A stretch of DNA of 64,000 nucleotides. It comes from Desulfobacteraceae bacterium. Lineage in GTDB: Bacteria; Desulfobacterota; Desulfobacteria; Desulfobacterales; Desulfobacteraceae. Made by a program: the position numbers and the translations under genes. Below the pieces are notes generated by a model. That model was not told the DNA's origin. It ran no database searches and was given only the letters and a program-made list of their open reading frames with translations. The stretch covers positions 127,652-191,651 of the forward strand of contig JADGEQ010000007.1 of assembly GCA_016744295.1 (NCBI GenBank). The letters run 5' to 3'. Shown one piece after another: positions 34,561 through 42,844 of this stretch (position 1 is its first letter; each line of letters starts with the position of its first letter).

Positions 34561-35465
34561 AAAATACTCTTGCCCAAAGCGGACAAGGTGAGTTCCACAG
34601 CCAGTTCCGCTGTTTTATTGGCCACATCCAGAATGGGGTTGACCTCAACAAGATCCATGGATGCGACCTTGCCGGAGTCGGCCAGAATCTCCATCAACAA
34701 ATGGGCCTCCCGATAGGAAATACCGCCGGGCACAGGGGTACCCACCCCCGGTGCCTCCAAAGGATCCAGGGCATCCATGTCAAGGGTCAGATGGATCCGC
34801 TTTAAATGGGCAAATTTCATGATGGCTTTGTTGGCAACCGACGAGATCCCCTGTTCGTCAATATCCCGCATGGTAAAGATGGTGATGCCTGATTTTTTTA
34901 GCCGTTTTTTTTCCGCCGGGTCCAGATCCCGCTGGCCAATCAAAACCACATTTTCAGGATGAACCTTCATGCCGGGCTTGCCCACATTTACCAATGAAGG
35001 GTGGCCCTCTCCTATCAATGCGGCCAGGGGCATACCATGGATATTGCCGCTGGGGGAGGTTTCAGGTGTATTAAAATCACCATGGGCGTCGATCCACACC
35101 AACCCAATGGGCTCATCCCCTGCCACAGCGGAAACCGTTCCCACGGCAATGGAATGGTCCCCCCCCAAAAACAGAGGGAAATGCCCCGTTCGGACCGCTT
35201 CTTGTCCTTTTGTATAAATGGCCTCGCAAATCTGGGTGATCTCATTTAAATATTTATCCTCTGACAGGGGCAACCCTCCATCGGCATCCCGGATGGGAAT
35301 CCGCACATCTCCGCGGTCCACAACCACATGGCCCAGTTCTCTCAGCCGGGAAATCAATCCGGTGTACCTGAGGGCAGCCGGTCCCATGTCCACCCCTCGA
35401 AGAAGCTGTCCAAAATCCATGGGTACACCGATAATGCTGATCTGCTTTGGCATATTAACCTCCAT
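34557..35465 (-). CDS. rocF: arginase
   Basis: 302 aa: ISIIGVPMDFGQLLRGVDMGPAALRYTGL, GGDHSIAVG, DAHGDFNTPETSPSGNIHGMPLA, LDMDALDP. Its stop overlaps the helicase GTG by 4 nt. Confidence 0.85.
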   Translation of the reverse strand: MEVNMPKQISIIGVPMDFGQLLRGVDMGPAALRYTGLISRLRELGHVVVDRGDVRIPIRDADGGLPLSEDKYLNEITQICEAIYTKGQEAVRTGHFPLFLGGDHSIAVGTVSAVAGDEPIGLVWIDAHGDFNTPETSPSGNIHGMPLAALIGEGHPSLVNVGKPGMKVHPENVVLIGQRDLDPAEKKRLKKSGITIFTMRDIDEQGISSVANKAIMKFAHLKRIHLTLDMDALDPLEAPGVGTPVPGGISYREAHLLMEILADSGKVASMDLVEVNPILDVANKTAELAVELTLSALGKSIL

Positions 35466-35510
35466 ACTGATAATTTACCTGGTCTCAAATTGTTTGCCAA
35501 GTTGTTTATA

Positions 35511-35539
35511 TTGACAGCTCCTATACCATAGAGTATGAA
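35511..35539 (+). promoter_or_regulatory. possible sigma70 promoter
   Basis: TTGACA (35511-16), 17-nt spacer, TATGAA (35534-39). A small 5'-UTR hairpin AACCCCC-atga-GGGGGTT (35559-35576) precedes the GGGAG RBS. Confidence 0.4.
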
Positions 35540-35591
35540 ATCTATTCAATAAAAAGATAACCCCCATGAGGGGGTTCGGGAGCCAACACAT

Positions 35592-36275
35592 ATGAAATTA
35601 AAACATGAAGTAAGAGCCAGGCAGACAGTTGAGACCATTAACGGTCTGCTGGATATGGGCATCAAAAAATTATCGATTATCATCCGGCATTCAGATCGTT
35701 TTTTCCCCAAAGAGGCAAGGATGGAACCCTTTATGGGACTGACCGAACAGGGAAAATCCTTTGCCCTGGAACTGGGAAAATCACTTCCTGAACAACCAAC
35801 TCCCCGGCTTTTTTCCTCCACCTTTGGCCGATGCATTGAAACCGCTTATCTGATTGACAAGGGATATACCCAACAGCACAAAGTTCCCGTGTCTCACAAT
35901 ATCACAAGTGAGTATTTGGCCCCCTTTTATATCAAAGACATAGAAAAGGCCGTACACATGGTTCAAGCCCAGGGCAGTGAACTCTTTATCCGCAACTGGT
36001 TTGACAACAAAATTGACACCAACATCATGGAAAATCCGAAAAAAACCGCATCCATTCTAAGCGAGTATATGACAGACCAACTAAAACAGCTTGATGACAA
36101 CGAAATAGCGGTATGCGTCTCCCATGACTGGAATATCTTCCCTTTAAAAGAATTCAAACTTGGGCTTGCCCATGAAACAAAGGGAGATGTGGGCTACCTT
36201 GACGGAGTGGTCTTCTATGAAAAAAGCGGCCAATTTTTTGTGACCTCCTTCCAGTGTGATCCCCACCCCCTTTAA
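35592..36275 (+). CDS. histidine phosphatase (phosphoglycerate-mutase-like) family protein
   Basis: 227 aa with the IIIRHSDR catalytic RH motif near the N-terminus and a VSHDWNI second His motif. Confidence 0.6.
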   Translation: MKLKHEVRARQTVETINGLLDMGIKKLSIIIRHSDRFFPKEARMEPFMGLTEQGKSFALELGKSLPEQPTPRLFSSTFGRCIETAYLIDKGYTQQHKVPVSHNITSEYLAPFYIKDIEKAVHMVQAQGSELFIRNWFDNKIDTNIMENPKKTASILSEYMTDQLKQLDDNEIAVCVSHDWNIFPLKEFKLGLAHETKGDVGYLDGVVFYEKSGQFFVTSFQCDPHPL

Positions 36276-36301
36276 GTTTTAGCAGACCACTTACGCCAGG
36301 G

Positions 36302-37270
36302 TCAGGCCCTGGCGATGAAAACTGCTCTGATTGGCGCAGGATACCCTTCAATGGTCCTGTTCGGATCATTTGGGTCCAGAAAATCCTCCAGGGACTCGGT
36401 CTGAATCCAGTCGGTTCTGCGCTGCTCTTCCAGGCTTGTTTTGGCCACATCCACACAACGGATTTCAGAAAATCCGGCCCGGGCAAGCCAGGATTCCATT
36501 GCCAGAAGATCCGGAATAAAGTAAACATTTCGCATTTTTCCATACCGGTTTCTGGGGAAAAGGCAGAGATTCTCTTTTGAATCAATCACCAGATTTTCAA
36601 GAACGATATGCCCGCCCTTTTTTAAGGAATCGTGGATGTTCTTGAGCATTTCAATGGGGGATTTTCGATGATAAAGAACCCCCATGCAGAAAACCAGATC
36701 AAAATACTGATCCATGCCGGGCAATTGGTCATGGGGAATGGGCAGGCAGAATACATTCGCCTGGCCTAAAAACTTCTGAACTGCCAAATACTGGTAATAA
36801 AAAGAACTCTGGGGTTCCAGCCCCAGAACAAACAAGGGGTTTTCAGCGGCCATGCGGAACATATAGTATCCGTTGCTTGAGCCGATATCCAGGATGCGCC
36901 GTCCCTGGAGTTCCGGCAGATGGGGCAGCAGCCTGTCCCATTTCATCCAGGACTGCCATTCCGTGTCAACCTCCACGCCAAAAAGATTAAACGGTCCTTT
37001 ACGCCAGGGGCATAGCTGGACCAGCTGTTCACGGAGCCTCTCTTTTTCTTCCGGTAAAATATCGGCCTCATCTCCGACACAAACATGGTTTCCCCGAAGG
37101 TCAACTTTGGACGGAACATAATCTTCGAGGCTTTCCACAACAGATTTGAATCGTTGATAATTTCCCTTGGCCTGATCCAGAAATATTCTTTTTTCCGAAA
37201 TTATGGCGCTGAGTTCTTCATACCATTGACCTAACCTGAATTTTTCGTTCTGTTTTAAAAACCGTTCCAT
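36302..37270 (-). CDS. cmoB: tRNA U34 carboxymethyltransferase CmoB
   Basis: 322 aa: LCPWRKGPFNLFGVEVDTEWQSWMKWDRLLPHL, ILDIGSSNGYY, CMGVLYHRKSP. Confidence 0.9.
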   Translation of the reverse strand: MERFLKQNEKFRLGQWYEELSAIISEKRIFLDQAKGNYQRFKSVVESLEDYVPSKVDLRGNHVCVGDEADILPEEKERLREQLVQLCPWRKGPFNLFGVEVDTEWQSWMKWDRLLPHLPELQGRRILDIGSSNGYYMFRMAAENPLFVLGLEPQSSFYYQYLAVQKFLGQANVFCLPIPHDQLPGMDQYFDLVFCMGVLYHRKSPIEMLKNIHDSLKKGGHIVLENLVIDSKENLCLFPRNRYGKMRNVYFIPDLLAMESWLARAGFSEIRCVDVAKTSLEEQRRTDWIQTESLEDFLDPNDPNRTIEGYPAPIRAVFIARA

Positions 37271-37352
37271 CGTATCCTAATTTTAATTTAAATCTTATGT
37301 TTATGCCTGATTTATTCGTCTGGACGTTAAGCAAACAAATAGTAGGAAAAAA

Positions 37353-38090
37353 TTACTTGATGGCTATCATGGAGGCAAAATTAAACCACTTCAGCCAGAT
37401 ATCGACGGCTGAAAAGCCGGCATTGAGAAAACGCTGTTTGTGAACCCCAATCGACTCGGGAATCAAAACCTTTTCCAGGGCATCCCGCTTCTGACTGATT
37501 TCAAGTTCTGAATAACCGTTCTCACGTTTGAACCGCCGATAAAAATCTTGTGCCAGATCATCGATGGAAGCGGTATTGTGAATTATTTTTTCCGTTACCA
37601 GCAAAACCCCGCCGGGTAAAAGTCCATCATAAATTTTTTGAATCAGATGGTCTCTTTTTTTTACATCCAAAAACTGCAGGGTCAGGTTGATCAGCACCAC
37701 CGAAGCATTCTCAATTGCAACCTTTTCAAGCAAACCGCAAACCAGATCAATTTGATGGGAATTTTCAACCTGTTCAAGGCGGGCATGGTATTTCTCAATC
37801 ATGGGCTCAGAACTGTCCACCCCGACCATGGAAAAGGGCGTATTTTTAAATTGTTCCAGAATCAAAATTCCGAGATTTCCATGGGAACATCCCAGATCAT
37901 AGATTCGGGTTTTTTCCTGGAAAAACCCCAGGGTCATCTGGGCCTGGCGCTGGATACTTTCCTTGTACAGGGGCACTGATCTTGTCAGCATATCATCAAA
38001 CACTGCCGTAACTTCCCTGTTAAATGCAAAGGGTTCTATGCGGTCCTTTTTTTCTGCGAACACTCGGTCTTTTTTCATTGGCCTTTCCAA
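37353..38090 (-). CDS. cmoA: carboxy-S-adenosyl-L-methionine synthase CmoA
   Basis: 245 aa: FAFNREVTAVFDDMLTRSVPLYKE, IYDLGCSHGN, NLTLQFL. The start may be the downstream MKKDRVF. Confidence 0.9.
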   Translation of the reverse strand: MERPMKKDRVFAEKKDRIEPFAFNREVTAVFDDMLTRSVPLYKESIQRQAQMTLGFFQEKTRIYDLGCSHGNLGILILEQFKNTPFSMVGVDSSEPMIEKYHARLEQVENSHQIDLVCGLLEKVAIENASVVLINLTLQFLDVKKRDHLIQKIYDGLLPGGVLLVTEKIIHNTASIDDLAQDFYRRFKRENGYSELEISQKRDALEKVLIPESIGVHKQRFLNAGFSAVDIWLKWFNFASMIAIK

Positions 38091-38258
38091 TCTGTAAAAT
38101 TTGCTGGCAATCTATTATAATATTTCGCCAATAAGTGCAAGAACGCTATTGTATCCAGCCAATATTCCTTGACTATCCTTGTCGGTAAATGATATCTACG
38201 TTCTTGAACAAAGCGCTTCAGCTCAAAGAATACACCAGCATATAAATTTTTTGGAGGC

Positions 38259-39422
38259 ATGGACATGGAAATAGTGGGAATCGATGTCGGTTTTGGATAT
38301 ACAAAAGCATATAATGGAAAAAACTCCATCATTTTTAAATCCCTCATCGGTGATGCCACAGAAATCCAGTTCCGCTCTTTTCTCGGAGAGGAGAACTCCA
38401 CGGCCAACCTTCATATTACCCTAAATGATAAATCCTATTTCCTGGGCAATTATGCAGAACAACAATCCAATATCCCTGAATTTACCCTTGACCAGGAAAA
38501 ACTCATTGAAAATTTTGTAAAAATCCTGGCCATAACCGCCGCTGGTATCTGCAGTGATTCCACAGGTCCCATCAATGTAGTGACAGGGTTGCCAGTTGGA
38601 TATCTTAAACGCGATTCCCGGCGTTTAAAAGAGATGATCCAGGGAATTCATGAAATCACCTATCATAATGCAAACGGACAAGATGAAACCAAACGGGTTC
38701 ACATTGATAAAATTCATGTGATTCCCCAGCCCATCGGATCCATTTTTAATCTGATTTTTGATGAATATGGCAAAATCAAAGACAAAAAACTTGCCCTCCA
38801 GAAACTTGGGGTGGTGGATATCGGATTTAAAACCACTGATTTTTCCATATTTGACCACCTCCAATACATTGAACGGGGTTCCTCCACCATGGACACCGGT
38901 ATCTCCAAATGTTTCAGCATGCTTGCCAGCAAGTTAAGACAGGAAAGCAATATCAATATTGAATTGTATCGGATCTTTAAATTTGCATCAGCAGGCATGA
39001 TCAAGATAAAAGGCAAGGAATATAATATCACAAATCTTAAAAAGAGGATCTATACCCATGCCGCAGCAGCCATTGCATCGGATCTGAACCGATTGTGGGA
39101 AAACGATTGGGATATCGACTCCATCATCCTTTCCGGAGGCGGCAGTGTGGAACTAGCTGAATTTTTATCCCCCAATATTGATGGAAATGTCATCCCCATC
39201 CCAAGAAACGTTGACCCACGCTTTAACAATGTCCAGGGCTACTGCAAATTTGGCAGATATAAATGGGGAGCTGATAAAATCAAGGAACAAAAAGTTGCCC
39301 CCCCCAATTCACCCCCGACAAAAGCACAGGCCGATTCCGACGATAATACCCAATCCCCTTCCCCTGGTGAACCCCAGGATAAATCATCAAAAGGTATTTC
39401 CTGGCTTCGACGCCAGAATTAG
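38259..39422 (+). CDS. ParM/StbA-family actin-like ATPase with a low-complexity C-terminal tail
   Basis: ASKHA motifs are present: GIDVGFGYTKA (phosphate 1), VVDIGFKTTDF (phosphate 2), ILSGGGSVELA (adenosine). The last ~48 aa are rich in Pro/Ser/Asp/Gln and end in the basic KGISWLRRQN. RBS spacing favours the third codon (ATG 38265) as the true start. Confidence 0.7.
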   Translation: MDMEIVGIDVGFGYTKAYNGKNSIIFKSLIGDATEIQFRSFLGEENSTANLHITLNDKSYFLGNYAEQQSNIPEFTLDQEKLIENFVKILAITAAGICSDSTGPINVVTGLPVGYLKRDSRRLKEMIQGIHEITYHNANGQDETKRVHIDKIHVIPQPIGSIFNLIFDEYGKIKDKKLALQKLGVVDIGFKTTDFSIFDHLQYIERGSSTMDTGISKCFSMLASKLRQESNINIELYRIFKFASAGMIKIKGKEYNITNLKKRIYTHAAAAIASDLNRLWENDWDIDSIILSGGGSVELAEFLSPNIDGNVIPIPRNVDPRFNNVQGYCKFGRYKWGADKIKEQKVAPPNSPPTKAQADSDDNTQSPSPGEPQDKSSKGISWLRRQN

Positions 39423-39430
39423 AGAAATCC

Positions 39431-40192
39431 ATGAACCAAAAAACACTTACCGAACTTTTATCCCAGGTGGCCCAGGGCAGTATGAGCGTAGCCGATGCCA
39501 GCACCCAATTCAAAGATTTATCCTTTGAAGACATAGATTTTGCCCACATTGACCACCACAGATCCCTGCGGAAAGGATTTCCCGAAGTTATCTTCGGCCA
39601 GGGAAAAACCAGCGGTCAAATCATCGGAATTCTTGAGCGAATGGTCTCAAAAGAAGAGGTTATTCTGGTGACCCGCATTGATAAAGCAAAGGCCGTGGAT
39701 GTGCAAAAAGCCCTGCCCGTTGCTGAATACTTTGAAGATGCCCGGCTGTTAAGAATTCAAGAAAAAGATCCTAGTCCCACGGGTTTTGGAAAAATTCTTA
39801 TCATCTCGGCCGGCACCTCTGATATACCTGTGGCTAGAGAAGCAGCCCTTACGGCCCGGGCCATGGGGAATGAGGTACAAACCCTTTTTGATGTCGGGGT
39901 TGCCGGGATTCACAGACTTTTTGCCCATAAGGACAAAATTTTTAAGGCCTGTGTAATCATTGTGGTGGCGGGCATGGAAGGAGCCCTGCCCAGTGTGGTT
40001 GCCGGAATGGTTAAAGCGCCGGTGATTGCCGTCCCCACCAGTATCGGATATGGCACTAGTTTCAATGGCATGACCGCCCTTCTGGGCATGCTTAATTCCT
40101 GTAGTTCAAATATTGCAGTGGTAAATATAGACAATGGATTTGGCGCCGGGTACATGGCATCATCCATCAACCATGTATCGGTATCTCAATGA
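39431..40192 (+). CDS. larB: LarB (nickel-pincer cofactor biosynthesis; PurE-like carboxylase/hydrolase)
   Basis: 253 aa: an N-terminal domain with DHHRSLRKGFPEVIFGQGK, then the PurE-like ILIISAGTSDIPVAREAALTA...VVAGMEGALPSVVAG block. Confidence 0.85.
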   Translation: MNQKTLTELLSQVAQGSMSVADASTQFKDLSFEDIDFAHIDHHRSLRKGFPEVIFGQGKTSGQIIGILERMVSKEEVILVTRIDKAKAVDVQKALPVAEYFEDARLLRIQEKDPSPTGFGKILIISAGTSDIPVAREAALTARAMGNEVQTLFDVGVAGIHRLFAHKDKIFKACVIIVVAGMEGALPSVVAGMVKAPVIAVPTSIGYGTSFNGMTALLGMLNSCSSNIAVVNIDNGFGAGYMASSINHVSVSQ

Positions 40193-42773
40193 TAAAGGTG
40201 GTGCCTTTTCCCGGTGAGGAAATGACCCTCAGCTCCCCCTTGTGATTTTTAGTCACAATAAAATAAGAGACCGAGAGTCCTAACCCGGTTCCCTTCCCCC
40301 TATCTTTGCTCGTAAAAAACGGTTCAAATATTTTTTCCTGTATTTTCTTTTCCATGCCCGGACCATTGTCGGCTATTTCAATAACAGCCATCTTATTCTT
40401 CACAAAAAACCGAAGGGAGAACCCGGGATTGACTGTCTTGGAATCTCTGTTATCAAACATGGCTTCCGTGCCATTCTTAATGATATTAAAAAAAACCTGC
40501 TGAATTTTACTAGGTTCACAGGAAACCATGGGAAAGTCTGGTTTTTTTTCAATTTTGATACAAATCTGCCTAAAATCAAATTTTCTTTTCAGGCTGTATT
40601 CATTTTTCGCAAGGAAGATGGTTTTTTCCATGAGCTGGACCAGGTTCTCATAGGATTTTTTTCCCTCCCCTTTTTGGGCAAAGGAAAGCATATTGGAAAC
40701 AATTTTGGCAGCATGACAACCGGCATTATGAATATGCTCAAGCTGTTTTATGATCCCCCGGGCTTCCATATAGTTTTGGAGGTTGTCGAAGTTGACGCCG
40801 GCCTTTTCGGCTGCCGCCTGATTGGCAAATATCTTCTTTGTCAGCCGGTTTTGAATCACCTGGGCATTTTGCATCATGCCAGCAAGGGGATTATTAATTT
40901 CATGGGCCATACCTGCTGCCAGCCCGCCGACGGACAACATTTTTTCCGATTGTACCATCATGAGGTCAATTTTCATTTGATCTGTCACGTCATCCATGCG
41001 AATGACAGCGCCCTGACGCTCACCGCCGGTCAAGGGATAGACAGTGATATTCTGATAGCGCACCTCATCATCAATCACTTGTCTGATTCTGTTCTTCCCA
41101 ATCACTTTTTGATCTGCCACAGCGGTCTGTATATTCCGGGTAAGATTTAAACCGGGGAACATTTCATTATAATATCGACCGACTGCCATATTTGCCGAAA
41201 TTTTGGTGACATTTTCGGCCTGTTGGTTCCAATGGGTGACCCTGCCCTCCAGGTCCACCCCCATGAGAATGGAGGGCATTGAATTGAGGATATTGTCAAT
41301 ATATTGTTTTGCCTGCGCAAGCTGCCTGTGCAGCAGCATACTGCTCAACCCGTCACTGACACGCTGACAAATTCCTTTAAACAATTGCCGTTCATCCGAA
41401 GTCCATATCCGCTCGTGGGTACATTGGTGAAGTCCAACTTCCCAGGCTTCCCCCAGCTTGGGAAACACTGCCATAACCATCTGGGAATTCACATGGTATT
41501 TTTCCCGAACAAATTTACGAATACTCTTTTGGGAATTAGGATCATAAACAACAGGCTCTTCGGAAACCAGAACCTCCTGAAGAAGAAGGCGGGTTTCCGG
41601 AGAGATATCCACCCGATAATCTGTTGCTAAAAACCATTCGGGTTTGGTACGCATGAAGGGTACATCATAAAACCGGGCCTCGGGATTACAGGGAAATAAA
41701 ATCCAGGCCCGGTCACAATCAAAAACATGGATCATTGTATCCAGAATCTGATTCAGCATCTTGGGTATATCAACGGCATTGATAATAATTTTATTGATCC
41801 TGTCAAAACAGGAATTATGCAATTCCCTTTGTTTTCTCCGGGTAATATCCCGGGCAAAGGTTAACACGGATATCACCTCATCATCTGAGTTAAACTCAGG
41901 ACATAACAGCCAGTCGATCCAGGTGCCGTCGGGTAATTTAAACTCAACCCGGTTCACCTGCTCTGTTTTGAACACCTGGGTAATGGCTTTTTCCCAGGTG
42001 TCGGCAAGAAATTTGGGGAAATTCAGTTCCCCATGTGTTTTGCCCACCATTTCTTCCGGTGAAAATCCCAATACTTTAATTGCCGGATTTACATAGAGAT
42101 GGCGGCCGTTATTGTCAAACCGAATAATAATGTCATGGGATTTTTCCGCCAGGGTTCTATAGCGCTGTTCGCTCTCCTTTAAGGCTTCATGAAATTGTTT
42201 ACGCTCAATGGCCAGGGCGATATGACTGGAAACCAGAATGAGGATATCCAAATCCTTTTTGCTAAAGGCGTTGGGATCAGAATAATTTTGAACAGCAATG
42301 GCACCAATCACAATATCACCTGCCATCAGAGGAACCCCGATCCAAATCACCGGCAGACTGCCCTGGACCCTTTTTTCCCGATATCGCTGATCCAGCATGG
42401 CTTTGTCCAGAAACAACGGCTTTTTATTTAAAATAACCTCTCCTGTGAGGGAATTTTTTTCAAACAAAACAATGGCGGAATCGTTTCCAACATCTCGCTC
42501 ATCTTTATAGTAGGGAAAATTCAATAATTGTTCGTCCCTGTCATAGATACAAATATAAAAATTGGGTGTATAAATGAGCCGGTTTAAGGACTGATGAATC
42601 TTTTCATACAAATCCTCTAGATGAAGGGGGGTGTTAACGGCATTGGAAATTTCAAGCAATGTTTGATTTATCTTGTCTGCATGCTTTAATGTTTGAATTT
42701 GCTCTTCAAGAAGTGCAATTCTCTCTGAGTCGCGTTGTAACCCCTGGGGGGTATTGGTAGGTTTGTTATGCAA
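40167..42773 (-). CDS. cytoplasmic multi-sensor (GAF/PAS) histidine kinase
   Basis: 868 aa with GAF- and PAS-like repeats, H-box AAGMAHEINNPL, and HATPase_c G-boxes DNGPGM, GTGLGLS. Confidence 0.85.
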   Translation of the reverse strand: MHNKPTNTPQGLQRDSERIALLEEQIQTLKHADKINQTLLEISNAVNTPLHLEDLYEKIHQSLNRLIYTPNFYICIYDRDEQLLNFPYYKDERDVGNDSAIVLFEKNSLTGEVILNKKPLFLDKAMLDQRYREKRVQGSLPVIWIGVPLMAGDIVIGAIAVQNYSDPNAFSKKDLDILILVSSHIALAIERKQFHEALKESEQRYRTLAEKSHDIIIRFDNNGRHLYVNPAIKVLGFSPEEMVGKTHGELNFPKFLADTWEKAITQVFKTEQVNRVEFKLPDGTWIDWLLCPEFNSDDEVISVLTFARDITRRKQRELHNSCFDRINKIIINAVDIPKMLNQILDTMIHVFDCDRAWILFPCNPEARFYDVPFMRTKPEWFLATDYRVDISPETRLLLQEVLVSEEPVVYDPNSQKSIRKFVREKYHVNSQMVMAVFPKLGEAWEVGLHQCTHERIWTSDERQLFKGICQRVSDGLSSMLLHRQLAQAKQYIDNILNSMPSILMGVDLEGRVTHWNQQAENVTKISANMAVGRYYNEMFPGLNLTRNIQTAVADQKVIGKNRIRQVIDDEVRYQNITVYPLTGGERQGAVIRMDDVTDQMKIDLMMVQSEKMLSVGGLAAGMAHEINNPLAGMMQNAQVIQNRLTKKIFANQAAAEKAGVNFDNLQNYMEARGIIKQLEHIHNAGCHAAKIVSNMLSFAQKGEGKKSYENLVQLMEKTIFLAKNEYSLKRKFDFRQICIKIEKKPDFPMVSCEPSKIQQVFFNIIKNGTEAMFDNRDSKTVNPGFSLRFFVKNKMAVIEIADNGPGMEKKIQEKIFEPFFTSKDRGKGTGLGLSVSYFIVTKNHKGELRVISSPGKGTTFIIEIPIHG

Positions 42774-42844
42774 AATTTATCTATAAGTCCCTCTTTAATG
42801 CAAGGGCCTCCTCAAATCAAGAATGGACATCCTCTCGATATCGT

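Noticed and set aside
36154-36585. 143-aa minus-strand ORF overlapping cmoB in another frame
   Set aside because: cmoB (36302..37270) explains the region with full-length conservation. The overlapping frame has no start context or motif.
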